A DNA stretch of 64,000 bases, from NCBI GenBank assembly GCA_018675685.1, contig JABGXP010000020.1, positions 37,680-101,679 of the forward strand, written 5' to 3'. A program made the position numbers and the translations under genes. The notes under the pieces are model-generated. The model did no database searches. It had not been told where the DNA came from and saw only the letters and a list, made by a program, of their open reading frames with translations. Below are positions 20,113-29,629 of the stretch, piece by piece. This DNA comes from a bacterium (lineage in GTDB: Bacteria > Patescibacteriota > Minisyncoccia > Moranbacterales > DUUL01). Within the stretch, counting starts at the first letter, position 1. The number at the start of each line of letters is the position of its first letter.

Positions 20113-21435
20113 GTGCAATTAGCAAAACCAAGAGTACTAATGTTTGGCTGGGAATTTCCACCGTATAGTGTGGGGGGTCTTGGTGTTGCCTGTCATGGAC
20201 TAACTAAGAGTATGGTGAGGCTTGGAATGAAAGTTACTTTTGTTGTTCCAAGGGCACCAAGAGGCGCAAAAAGTCATTTCCTAAACTTATTGGTTGCTGA
20301 CAGAGTGAGTGTTGGAAGAGAAGATGTTGATAGAATTGAAGGATTAAAAATAGAGAAAGTCGATTCGCTTTTAATGCCTTATATGAATTCTACAAAGTAC
20401 AGTTCTTTGGTAGAGTATCTAAAGAAGCGAGGGGGAACCATCGATAATTTCATATATTCAAGTGACTCAGGAAATTTTGATTCAAAGGATCAATATGGTG
20501 TTAATCTATTCGAGGAAGTTTGGAGATATGCTAATAAAGCTGCTATAATAGCCAAAAAAGAGGTTTTCGATGTGATTCATGTTCATGATTGGATGACATT
20601 TAGAGCGGGAATCGTGGCGAAGGAAGTTAGCGGTAAGCCGTTGGTCGTCCATATTCATAACACAGCGTTTGATCGGAGTGGCGGAAATCCTGGGCAACGT
20701 GAGTATGAAATTGAAAAAGAGGGTTTTGAGAAGGCAGATAAAATAATTGCAATAAGCCATCATGTCAAAAGTAGACTGATCGAACAATATGAGGTTAGTC
20801 CAGAGAAAATTATTGTCGCACATAATGGAATTGATTCCGAGGATTATTGCTTTAAATCTTCCGAGAGGCATATCCATAACAAAATTGTTTTGTATGCCGG
20901 AAGGGTAACCCTGCAAAAAGGACCAGAATGTTTTGTCAAAGCAGCTGCAAAAATTTCTGAAATCAGAGACGATGTAACCTTTATTCTAGCGGGTGGCGGA
21001 GATATGTTGTCGGATATGATCGAACTTGCAGCACATTTGAAAATTTCAGATAGATTTGTTTTCACAGATTGGTATAATAAGAGTGAAGGTGAGGCAGTGA
21101 TGAATATGGCTGATGTTTTTGTGATGCCTTCTGTTTCAGAGCCATTCGGACTCGTTCCTTTAGAGGCAATGTTACAAAGAACTCCCACGATAATCTCAAA
21201 GCAATCTGGAGTGAGTGAGGTCCTAGTGAATACGTTAAAAGTTGATTTTTGGGATATTGATGAAATGGCGAATAAAATAGTGTCAGTTCTAGATCATAAC
21301 TCCCTAAAAACACATTTAATTGAAATGGGAGAGAAGGAGGCAAAAGCTATGACCTGGGATAAGGCAGCTTTTGAGTGCCGAAGAGTTTTCGAGAAGTTGA
21401 TATTTGAATATAAAATGTCAGAACATTATTACTAA
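20113..21435 (+). CDS. Glycogen/alpha-glucan synthase-like glycosyltransferase (archaeal-type, GT4/GT5-like)
   Basis: The N-terminus …FGWEFPPYSVGGLGVACHGL… resembles the Pyrococcus-type glycogen synthase. C-terminal E-x7-E region (…SEPFGLVPLEAM…). Confidence 0.6.
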   Translation: MQLAKPRVLMFGWEFPPYSVGGLGVACHGLTKSMVRLGMKVTFVVPRAPRGAKSHFLNLLVADRVSVGREDVDRIEGLKIEKVDSLLMPYMNSTKYSSLVEYLKKRGGTIDNFIYSSDSGNFDSKDQYGVNLFEEVWRYANKAAIIAKKEVFDVIHVHDWMTFRAGIVAKEVSGKPLVVHIHNTAFDRSGGNPGQREYEIEKEGFEKADKIIAISHHVKSRLIEQYEVSPEKIIVAHNGIDSEDYCFKSSERHIHNKIVLYAGRVTLQKGPECFVKAAAKISEIRDDVTFILAGGGDMLSDMIELAAHLKISDRFVFTDWYNKSEGEAVMNMADVFVMPSVSEPFGLVPLEAMLQRTPTIISKQSGVSEVLVNTLKVDFWDIDEMANKIVSVLDHNSLKTHLIEMGEKEAKAMTWDKAAFECRRVFEKLIFEYKMSEHYY

Positions 21436-21456
21436 TTAATTTGATTAAAAGAGAAA

Positions 21457-22668
21457 ATGCCTAATATTTGTTTCTATTTTCAAGTGCATCAACCATATAG
21501 AGTCAAAAACTACAAAGTTTTTGATATTGGTAAGGATCATAACTATTTCAACGATGCCTCTGAAGGTAATCTAAATAATAGCTGGATTATTCAGAAAGTT
21601 GCTAGAAAATGCTATTTACCAACAAATAAAATTCTTTTGAATTTATTAAACAGACATCCTGATTTCAGAATAAGCTTTTCTTTTTCTGGGGTTTATCTGG
21701 ATCAGCTGGAGCAGTTTGCACCAAATGTTTTAAGGTCATTTCAAGAACTAGTTGCAACTGGAAGAGCAGAGGTTTTAAGCGAAACATATTATCATTCCTT
21801 AGCCTTCTTGTATTCCCAGGAAGAATTCATTTATCAAGTCGAGAAACATAAAGAAAAAATAGTTAGCTTATTTGGAGTTGTCCCAACGGTTTTTCGTAAT
21901 ACGGAATTAATATACAACAATGACTTGGCAAGAAAAGTTGAATCAATGGGCTACAAGGGTATAATAGCTGAGGGGGCTGAAAAAGTATTGGACTGGAAAA
22001 GTCCCAATTTTCTCTATGAAGCTGCTGGATGCGATAATTTGAAATTACTATTGAAAAACTATAAATTATCTGATGATATCGCATTTCGCTTCTCTGATCA
22101 TAACTGGGCAGAGCATCCATTGTCAGCAAGAACTTTTGCAGATTGGATTTCTGAACACAACGGCAGTGGTGAATTAATCAATCTTTTTATGGATTATGAA
22201 ACATTCGGTGAACATCAATGGGAGGATTCAGGAATCTTTGATTTTCTAGGCCATTTACCAGAGTTTGTATTGCAGAATCCATCAAACGGCTTTATGACAC
22301 CAAGCGAAGCAATTGAAAAACTTGAGAGTAAAGGCAAAATAGATTTTTTTGATTTTATTTCCTGGGCAGATGAAGAAAGAGATCTTTCTGCTTGGCGCTC
22401 AAATGCATTGCAAACAGATGCTTTAGAAAAAGTCTATGCACTAGAAAAGGATGTTCTCAATACTCAAAACGAAGGAATCATTGATGACTGGAGAAAGCTG
22501 CAGACCTCAGACCATTTTTATTATATGTGTACCAAGTATTTTGCTGATGGTGATGTTCATAAATATTTCAATCCATATGAGACGCCTCATGATGCCTTTA
22601 TAGCTTTCATGAATGCACTAAATGATATGAAAATAAGAATTGGTCAAAACTCTCCAGTAAAAGCCTAA
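21457..22668 (+). CDS. Glycoside hydrolase family 57 protein (alpha-amylase/4-alpha-glucanotransferase-like)
   Basis: N-terminal …FYFQVHQPYR… GH57 signature. 403 aa. Confidence 0.6.
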   Translation: MPNICFYFQVHQPYRVKNYKVFDIGKDHNYFNDASEGNLNNSWIIQKVARKCYLPTNKILLNLLNRHPDFRISFSFSGVYLDQLEQFAPNVLRSFQELVATGRAEVLSETYYHSLAFLYSQEEFIYQVEKHKEKIVSLFGVVPTVFRNTELIYNNDLARKVESMGYKGIIAEGAEKVLDWKSPNFLYEAAGCDNLKLLLKNYKLSDDIAFRFSDHNWAEHPLSARTFADWISEHNGSGELINLFMDYETFGEHQWEDSGIFDFLGHLPEFVLQNPSNGFMTPSEAIEKLESKGKIDFFDFISWADEERDLSAWRSNALQTDALEKVYALEKDVLNTQNEGIIDDWRKLQTSDHFYYMCTKYFADGDVHKYFNPYETPHDAFIAFMNALNDMKIRIGQNSPVKA

Positions 22669-22718
22669 AAAAGAGCAGTGAACTTAAATTAATATATATA
22701 AATCTTATAAAAACAAAA

Positions 22719-23096
22719 ATGAATCTATTTAAACAACTTATTGTCAACAACGAGGATGAGGAAGCTGCAAATGAGGAGGCAGTGAAAGAGTCTGTAGCTA
22801 AAACTCACAAAGACAGCGAAAATACAGTTGAGGTTAAGAAAATAAAAGCTTTCGATACATCTCCAAACGAAGATTTTTGGTTTCATTATGGACCAGTAGT
22901 GAAGAATCTTGCAGAGTTAAGGGATGCTCTTTTGCGCATTGATGATGACCTTTATAATTATCATGCAAAAGGGGAAGAGAATGATTTTGCGAGGTGGGTG
23001 GGCGATGTTTTTGGATACAAAGACTTGGCAAGTAAGATTGAAAAAGCTAAAACAAGAAAAAAAGCATATAAAATTTTGGATGATGCAGTGGAGTAA
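22719..23096 (+). CDS. Hypothetical protein within the glucan cluster
   Basis: 125 aa with no recognisable motif. Confidence 0.4.
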   Translation: MNLFKQLIVNNEDEEAANEEAVKESVAKTHKDSENTVEVKKIKAFDTSPNEDFWFHYGPVVKNLAELRDALLRIDDDLYNYHAKGEENDFARWVGDVFGYKDLASKIEKAKTRKKAYKILDDAVE

Positions 23097-23175
23097 TCTC
23101 TGCTTTGAAATTAGCAGTTATGACGCTTTGTGGTTTCAGGTGAAACAAAAAAATAAGTTTTGAAATAAAATAAAA

Positions 23176-25137
23176 ATGCCAAAATCTCTCGTATTAGGTA
23201 ATGGAAATATGCTATTATGCTTTGACAACAAAGCCCGTGTTCGTGATTTCTATTATCACTATGTTGGATTAGAGAATCATGCAGGAAGTGGTTGTGTGCA
23301 TAGAATAGGGATTATGATTGATGGTGATTTTTCTTGGATTGAGGAGGCTGCTTGGAAAGTAACTATGGATTATCAAACGGACTCACTTGTTTCCAAGGTG
23401 GAAATGGTTAACAAGGAGCTTGGCATCAAACTTGATTTTAAGGACACTGTTTATAACGAGAAGTGTATTTTTTTAAGAAATGTGACGATCAGCAATCTTT
23501 GGGACGAAAAACGAAAAATAAAATTATTTTTTCATCAGCAATTTAGAATATATGATACAGAGAGAAGGGACACTGGTTACTATGACCCTGAAGAAGAAGT
23601 TATTATTCATTACGAGGGAAGAAGGGTCTTTATAGTAGGCGGAAGACAAGGAAATACAAGTTTTGATGACTATTGCATTGGAAACTATGGAATTGAAGGC
23701 AAAATAGGAACATGGAAAGATGCAGAGGATGGTGAGCTAGAGAAGAACCCTATTGAGCATGGACCAGTTGATTCAGTAATAGCATTCACATTCGAAATAG
23801 AAGGACATAAAAAGAAAGTTGTTGACTATTGGATTAGTGCTGCCAAAATTTTGGCAGAGGCGAGGAAATTACATCAATATGTTTTAACAAGGACGGCAAA
23901 TCACCTCCTTGAATCAACAGAGGACTATTGGAGTGCTTGGGTAAACAAGAATAATCTGGATTTCAAGGATATGAATAAGGAGTCTGTCGACTTATTCAAA
24001 AAATCATTATTAATAATTCGAACGCACATAGGAAATGAAGGTGGAATTATAGCATCAGCTGATTCTGATATGTTGCAATATGGTCGTGACACATATGCAT
24101 ATGTATGGCCAAGAGACGGAGCGTTCGTTGCGCTGTCTTTGATAAAAGCTAAATACCATACAATCCCTAGAAAGTTTTTTGAATTTTGCAATGACGTGAT
24201 TTCGGAAGAGGGGTATTTTTTTCATAAATACAGAAGCGATAAATCGGTTGGAAGCTCTTGGCATCCTTGGTCTAAGGAGGGGAAGAAGCAGCTTGCCATC
24301 CAAGAGGATGAAACAGCTTTAATTATATTCTCACTTTGGGAATATTATCAGGCAAGTTTGAATATAGAGTTTATCGAAAGTGTCTATAATTCACTAATAA
24401 AGAAGGCAGCGGAGTTTATGTATCACTATCGTGATAAAAGAACCGGATTACCAAAGGAAAGTTATGACCCTTGGGAGCAAAAATATGGAATATCTACTTT
24501 TACTTGCAGTACGGTATATGGGGGACTTTTAGCAGCGAGTAAATTTGCAAAAGTTCTTGGAAAAGAAGAGGACGCAAAGAAATACCTACATGAAGCAGAG
24601 GAGATAAAATCCCTAACAGTGAAGTATCTATATAACAGTGATAATGGATATTTCTACAACAGAATAATGCCCAATAAAGAGGGGTTTGGGTTTGATAATA
24701 CAATTGACATCAGTAGTTTCTTCGGTTTATTCTATTTTGATATTCTGGATATTAACGATACCATGTTAGATGATGTTTTTGATGTTGTTGAAAGAGAACT
24801 CTTTTGCAAGACCAAAGTTGGTGGAGTCATGAGGTATGTTGGTGATGAATATCACAGAGTTGATGATGATGCCCCTGGAAATCCTTGGATTATAACAACT
24901 CTTTGGGTCGCACAATATCGAATTAAAAAAGCCAAGACACTAGACGCTCTAGAGGAGGTTAAAAAAACTTTTGAGTGGGTCTCTGCGCAAACAACTAACG
25001 CTGGACTACTCCCAGAACAAATTAGTTCAGATAAAGGGGAACACCTTTCAGCAGCTCCGCTCACCTGGAGTCATGCCGAATATGTTACAACTGTCATGCA
25101 ATACTTAGAAAGAAAAAAAGAATTAGAAAATAAATAG
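23176..25137 (+). CDS. GH15-family glucoamylase/glucodextranase-like protein
   Basis: …GIIASADSDMLQYGRDTYAYVWPRDGAFVALSL… matches the GH15 catalytic-domain signature. 653 aa. Confidence 0.65.
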   Translation: MPKSLVLGNGNMLLCFDNKARVRDFYYHYVGLENHAGSGCVHRIGIMIDGDFSWIEEAAWKVTMDYQTDSLVSKVEMVNKELGIKLDFKDTVYNEKCIFLRNVTISNLWDEKRKIKLFFHQQFRIYDTERRDTGYYDPEEEVIIHYEGRRVFIVGGRQGNTSFDDYCIGNYGIEGKIGTWKDAEDGELEKNPIEHGPVDSVIAFTFEIEGHKKKVVDYWISAAKILAEARKLHQYVLTRTANHLLESTEDYWSAWVNKNNLDFKDMNKESVDLFKKSLLIIRTHIGNEGGIIASADSDMLQYGRDTYAYVWPRDGAFVALSLIKAKYHTIPRKFFEFCNDVISEEGYFFHKYRSDKSVGSSWHPWSKEGKKQLAIQEDETALIIFSLWEYYQASLNIEFIESVYNSLIKKAAEFMYHYRDKRTGLPKESYDPWEQKYGISTFTCSTVYGGLLAASKFAKVLGKEEDAKKYLHEAEEIKSLTVKYLYNSDNGYFYNRIMPNKEGFGFDNTIDISSFFGLFYFDILDINDTMLDDVFDVVERELFCKTKVGGVMRYVGDEYHRVDDDAPGNPWIITTLWVAQYRIKKAKTLDALEEVKKTFEWVSAQTTNAGLLPEQISSDKGEHLSAAPLTWSHAEYVTTVMQYLERKKELENK

Positions 25138-25233
25138 GAATAGTCGCCTTGAGGAAACTTTAAGTTTTTATAGGAATTTGTTATAATGACATAGATAATT
25201 ATTGTCTGATAAATAAAGTAAGTAAACAGATAT

Positions 25234-25467
25234 ATGAAAATAAAAATTGACCAAGAAAGATGTGTTGGTTGTGGAAGATGCACGGAAATGTGTCCTTCAG
25301 TTTTCAAGTTGAGTGAAGAAGGGAAGGCGATTGTTATTAACGAGCGGATTGATGAATGCGAGGACGAGCCAAGAGGAGAAGAGTGTGCAGTTGTCAGCGA
25401 TGTGGTAAAGAAAGCAGCTGACGAGTGTATTGTTGAGGCGATAGACATCGATATGGAAATAGAATAA
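25234..25467 (+). CDS. Small ferredoxin (single [4Fe-4S]/[3Fe-4S] type)
   Basis: CVGCGRCTEMCP cluster-binding motif. 77 aa. Confidence 0.7.
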   Translation: MKIKIDQERCVGCGRCTEMCPSVFKLSEEGKAIVINERIDECEDEPRGEECAVVSDVVKKAADECIVEAIDIDMEIE

Positions 25468-25501
25468 TTTCTCATTACAAAGATTATATTTGAAAGTTAT
25501 C

Positions 25502-25527
25502 AAAAAACCCAATTAATTGGGTTTTTT
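25502..25527. terminator. Bidirectional terminator (palindrome AAAAACCCAATTAATTGGGTTTTT)
   Basis: A perfect palindrome flanked by A and T runs, between the ferredoxin (+) and gpmI (-). Confidence 0.7.
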
Positions 25528-25552
25528 GATATAAGTATAAAAGATTTGGTCT

Positions 25553-27142
25553 TTAACGATTTACATTTAGTATCTCTAAAAGGCTCTGTCCTGACATTTC
25601 TGGGCCTTTTGGAATCTCCATTAATTCTAGTATTGTGGGAGTAAGATCAACAAGCATACCTTCTATTGGATGGTTTTTGATCTCTTCCAGTGCTTCATCT
25701 CGATGGTTTGTAGCTGTAATGTACCAACAAGGAACAGGGTTGGTTGAATGCTCAGTGTCTCTCTCTCCAGTTCTTAAATTTGTCATCTCTTCAACGTTCC
25801 CATGATCAGCTGTTATAAGCAAGCAACCATTTTGTTCGATTACTGTTGTAATTAAACGATCCAAGCACTTATCGGTTATTTCTAGTGCAGTCACAGCAGC
25901 TCCTATATCGCCAGTGTGCCCAACCATATCAGGGTTTGCGTAATTAACGAGAATAAAATCATAATCCTTCTCTTTGTCTTTTAGTACATCAATGAGTTTG
26001 TCTGTGACTTCAAGCGCACTCATCTCAGGAACATCTGCATAAGAAGGAACGTTTTTTGAGAGCACAGGGATTCGATCTTCGCCTTTATAGGGTTTTTCTG
26101 CTCCTCCGTTGAAGAAATATGTTACATGAGCGAATTTCTCAGTTTCAGCAATTCTCAACTGAGAGAGTTTGTTTTCTTCAAATATTTGCCCCAATCTCGT
26201 TGTGATTTCTTGAGAAGGAAAGGCTATGTTAGAGCAAAGACCTTTTTCATATTCAGAAAAACAACAGAACATTACATTATTCAACTTTTTAGATTCTTTG
26301 AATCTATCAAAATTCGGTTGTTCAAAGGCTTGAGTTATTTGTCTAGCACGATCTTTTCTGAAATTGAAAAAAACCACAGCATCATTGTCTTTTATCCCTC
26401 CTATAGGCTCACCTGAAGAGTCTGTTATCACGATTGGTTTGATATATTCGTCTGTAGTATTCTCTTTGTATTGTTTTTCAATTGCTGCTACTGGGTCAGT
26501 CTCTTTTGTACCCTCTCCTTCGGTCATCAATCTAAAACCTTTTTCAACTCGATCCCAATTTTTATTCCTATCCATCGTAAAGTATCTCCCTATAAGAGAG
26601 GCAATTTTTCCAACTCCTAAGGCTTCTGTACGATTCTGGATTTTATTAATAAAATCGATAGCAGCTTTTGGCGGAGTATCACGTCCATCAGTAATACCAT
26701 GGATATATACATTTTCTAGTTTTTGTTCACTTGCAAACTCCAAGAGCGCATTAAGGTGGTCGATGTGAGAGTGCACAGCGCCATTACTAATCATCCCCAT
26801 CAAGTGTAGACTCGAGTTATGTTCTTTTGTCCATGCAACAGCTTTTAAAAGCGTTTCATTTTCAAAAAACTTACCATTTTCAATTGCTGCCGTAATAACG
26901 GGTAGAAATTGATAAATAATTTGACCAGTTCCTATTGTTTGGTGTCCAACTTCAGAATTGCCATAAATTCCCCAGGGAAGACCAACGGACATCCCCGATG
27001 CCTGGAGCAATGTTTTCGGATAGTATTTATTTAATTTGTCAATTGTTGGCAAGTTGGAAATTGGAACTGGATTTCCTTGTGGATTACTCCATTCGCCCCA
27101 ACCATCAAGAATAACAAGGGTAACTGGCTTTTTTCTTGCCAT
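25553..27142 (-). CDS. gpmI: 2,3-bisphosphoglycerate-independent phosphoglycerate mutase
   Basis: iPGM family signature (MARKKPVTLVILDGWGEW…), 529 aa. Confidence 0.9.
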   Translation of the reverse strand: MARKKPVTLVILDGWGEWSNPQGNPVPISNLPTIDKLNKYYPKTLLQASGMSVGLPWGIYGNSEVGHQTIGTGQIIYQFLPVITAAIENGKFFENETLLKAVAWTKEHNSSLHLMGMISNGAVHSHIDHLNALLEFASEQKLENVYIHGITDGRDTPPKAAIDFINKIQNRTEALGVGKIASLIGRYFTMDRNKNWDRVEKGFRLMTEGEGTKETDPVAAIEKQYKENTTDEYIKPIVITDSSGEPIGGIKDNDAVVFFNFRKDRARQITQAFEQPNFDRFKESKKLNNVMFCCFSEYEKGLCSNIAFPSQEITTRLGQIFEENKLSQLRIAETEKFAHVTYFFNGGAEKPYKGEDRIPVLSKNVPSYADVPEMSALEVTDKLIDVLKDKEKDYDFILVNYANPDMVGHTGDIGAAVTALEITDKCLDRLITTVIEQNGCLLITADHGNVEEMTNLRTGERDTEHSTNPVPCWYITATNHRDEALEEIKNHPIEGMLVDLTPTILELMEIPKGPEMSGQSLLEILNVNR

Positions 27143-27200
27143 CTTTTATTTGTTTATTTGTTTTTAGATCTTACTTTAGAGTATAGAACAAAAATAAACT

Positions 27201-27650
27201 TTATTCAATTTCAGAATCTTCCGTCTCGGAAGTTTCCTCAGCTGTAGTTATTTGAGGGGGAGCGTCTTGAGGAGTTGGTTTTTCTTCTATTTGTTTGGCA
27301 CTTGTTTTCTTAAAAGAGACGGAAAAATTCGGTTCATATAGATTATTATATTCGTCAACAACTTCAACCGGTTTACCTTCCATTAGAGTTGTCATTGCAA
27401 TGTCATTTTGAATTTGTTTTAGATCTGCTATTGTCATCTTTAAATCATCAATACGATCCCAGCGAGTACCCATTTGTGATTGAGCAATTGTTTCAAGCTC
27501 TTTTTTCCGCAACTTTAATTCATCTAACTTCTCAACTAATTCCTGATATTCTTGATTCTGAGTCAAAGCGTCTTTATATTCAGCGCGGATTTCGGATTGT
27601 TCTCTTTTCGCCTCTTTTAGCTCATTGAAAATTTCTTGAATCTCTTTCAT
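27201..27650 (-). CDS. Hypothetical coiled-coil protein with an acidic C-terminus
   Basis: Heptad-rich, Glu/Lys/Gln-rich sequence of 149 aa. Confidence 0.4.
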   Translation of the reverse strand: MKEIQEIFNELKEAKREQSEIRAEYKDALTQNQEYQELVEKLDELKLRKKELETIAQSQMGTRWDRIDDLKMTIADLKQIQNDIAMTTLMEGKPVEVVDEYNNLYEPNFSVSFKKTSAKQIEEKPTPQDAPPQITTAEETSETEDSEIE

Positions 27651-27699
27651 TTTTATTTTTTATAATTTAATTTAGATAAAACTTTCTTAGATTGAACTA

Positions 27700-28479
27700 T
27701 TATTTTTCAATAAGGGTTATTTTTTCGATTACAATTGGCTCAATAGGTCGATCACTAGAGTCAGTTGGAGCTTCTTCAATCTTCTGAACTACATCCATTC
27801 CGTTTACTATAAAGCCAAAATTTGTATGCTTACCATCTAACCAACTAGTTTCTTCTTTTGTTACAATGAAAAACTGTGAGCCATTTGTGTTTGGTCCAGA
27901 GTTTGCCATTGCAAGAGAACCCCGAACTAATTTGTGTGAATTGAATTCATCAGGAAAGGAATAGCCAGGATCACCAACCCCCCATGAGCTAGGTTGATCA
28001 TCGTTCTTAGAATTTGGGTCTCCTCCTTGAATCATAAAATCAGCAATTATTCTGTGAAATTTAATGCCATCATAAAATCCTTCATGTGCTAATTTCATGA
28101 AATTATTGACAGTAGCAGGAGAGTCCTCTGAGTAAAATTCAACCTCAATTTTTCCGAGAGTTGTTTTGATTTTAGCGCCCTTATATTTTTCTTTATAATC
28201 AAGCGAAGTTAATTCTTTCAATTCCATAAGCCTTTTTGTTAATTGTTTAGTTACTTTTGGTGCTTTTGGTTCCGGCGCACTTTTCGTTTTTTTTGTTTCT
28301 CCTAGAGCCTCTTTCTGTCTTTCTTGTTGAGCTTCTAGGTCATATTCGGTAATTTTGGAATTTTTATTCTCACCAACATTCTGACCAGTTTGTTCTGTGT
28401 TTGGTAGACTAGTAGTGGAGCAACCAGTGACCATTGTTGCACAAAAAAAGGCGAGTGTTGCCTTGGATAGGCTTTTCAT
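27700..28479 (-). CDS. Peptidyl-prolyl cis-trans isomerase, cyclophilin type, lipoprotein
   Basis: Cyclophilin motifs (…FHRIIADFMIQGGDP…). The probable start is ATG at 28479, giving the MKSLSKATLAFFCATMVTGC lipobox. The ORF track extends to 28650. Confidence 0.8.
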   Translation of the reverse strand: MKSLSKATLAFFCATMVTGCSTTSLPNTEQTGQNVGENKNSKITEYDLEAQQERQKEALGETKKTKSAPEPKAPKVTKQLTKRLMELKELTSLDYKEKYKGAKIKTTLGKIEVEFYSEDSPATVNNFMKLAHEGFYDGIKFHRIIADFMIQGGDPNSKNDDQPSSWGVGDPGYSFPDEFNSHKLVRGSLAMANSGPNTNGSQFFIVTKEETSWLDGKHTNFGFIVNGMDVVQKIEEAPTDSSDRPIEPIVIEKITLIEK

Positions 28480-28746
28480 TTTTTTCTCATATATTCTTAA
28501 TAAATAATTCATTAAACAGTATAGACCATTTTCTTTTTTGAAGCCAGTACTAAATATTTTAAAACCAAAAATTTTCCTTAAATGTTGACTTTTATTAGAC
28601 AATACCTCATACTGTAGCTGTATGTAAGGTTGTAGAAACTTTTTTAACATGAACTGATGTAATGTGTGCGATTTTATATCAAGGAATCGTTAAAAATAAA
28701 TACGCAACAAAACTTGCAGACAGGTATAAATTTTTTAAGTTTACAA

Positions 28747-29046
28747 ATGGAACAAGAACAAGAAGTTAACAAAAAAAAGCTCTTCGTGGGAAACATTAGT
28801 TATGGAGTAACAGATGAGCTACTAGCAGAACACTTTACACAGGTTGGTCAAGTTGAGTCAGCAAAAGTTATTATCGACAAGATGACTGGTCGATCAAAAG
28901 GATTCGGATTCGTTGAAATGTCAACAGAAGACGAAGCTCAAAAAGCAATTGCTGAGTTAGATCAAAAAGAACTTGATGGACGTGAATTGAATGTTAATGA
29001 AGCACAACCACCAAAAAGACACTACGAAAACAGAGGGAATTTCTAG
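28747..29046 (+). CDS. RRM-domain RNA-binding protein
   Basis: RNP2/RNP1 motifs KLFVGNIS and KGFGFVEM. The start is chosen at MEQEQE (the ORF is open from 28666). Confidence 0.75.
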   Translation: MEQEQEVNKKKLFVGNISYGVTDELLAEHFTQVGQVESAKVIIDKMTGRSKGFGFVEMSTEDEAQKAIAELDQKELDGRELNVNEAQPPKRHYENRGNF

Positions 29047-29074
29047 ATATTGTCGGTTCGACATAGAAAAAAAG

Positions 29075-29105
29075 ACAGGGAGCGCACAGCCCTGTTTTTA
29101 TTTTT
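29075..29105 (+). terminator. Rho-independent terminator after the RRM gene
   Basis: ACAGGG…CCCTGT stem followed by a T-run. Confidence 0.6.
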
Positions 29106-29112
29106 CTTTATT

Positions 29113-29139
29113 AAAAAACACGAGCTTACCGTGTTTTTT
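29113..29139. terminator. Second, bidirectional terminator hairpin
   Basis: AAAAAACACG-AGCTTAC-CGTGTTTTTT. Confidence 0.6.
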
Positions 29140-29150
29140 AATTTTAGAAG

Positions 29151-29522
29151 CTAGCTTTTTGGTCGGATGATAACAAGAATGGAGGTTATTACAAATCCGA
29201 ATATCCCACTATAAATCAAAGCGTTTATAGTCGAAATTTTTAGTTTCAAGACATCAAAATAGGTTATTGCTGGAATTATCGCTAATAAAACGAGCAACGC
29301 TCCAAAAATTTGATAAACAGGCACTGCCTTTTTATCAGAGTCAAATGTGATTGGAAGGATAGCTAAAAAAAGCATTGCAGCCGCAAAAGACCACAAAAAG
29401 AATTCAAAAAAATCCCTTTCAATGAAATTAGTAAAGGCTACCAAACCACAAGCAATTGGAACAAGCAGAATAATGATTCGCATTTTATTTTTTATTACTC
29501 TAGTCTGGAAATAGTATAGCAT
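29151..29522 (-). CDS. Hypothetical small membrane protein (about 4 TM helices)
   Basis: 123 aa, hydrophobic. Confidence 0.4.
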   Translation of the reverse strand: MLYYFQTRVIKNKMRIIILLVPIACGLVAFTNFIERDFFEFFLWSFAAAMLFLAILPITFDSDKKAVPVYQIFGALLVLLAIIPAITYFDVLKLKISTINALIYSGIFGFVITSILVIIRPKS

Positions 29523-29629
29523 TTATTTATGGGAAAGAAAATTAAAAGTAAAGATGTCTTGAAAAAAACCAATATCTACTATAAGCTAGATATATTGAGA
29601 ACAAACCTTATAAAATTAAAGTTAATATA

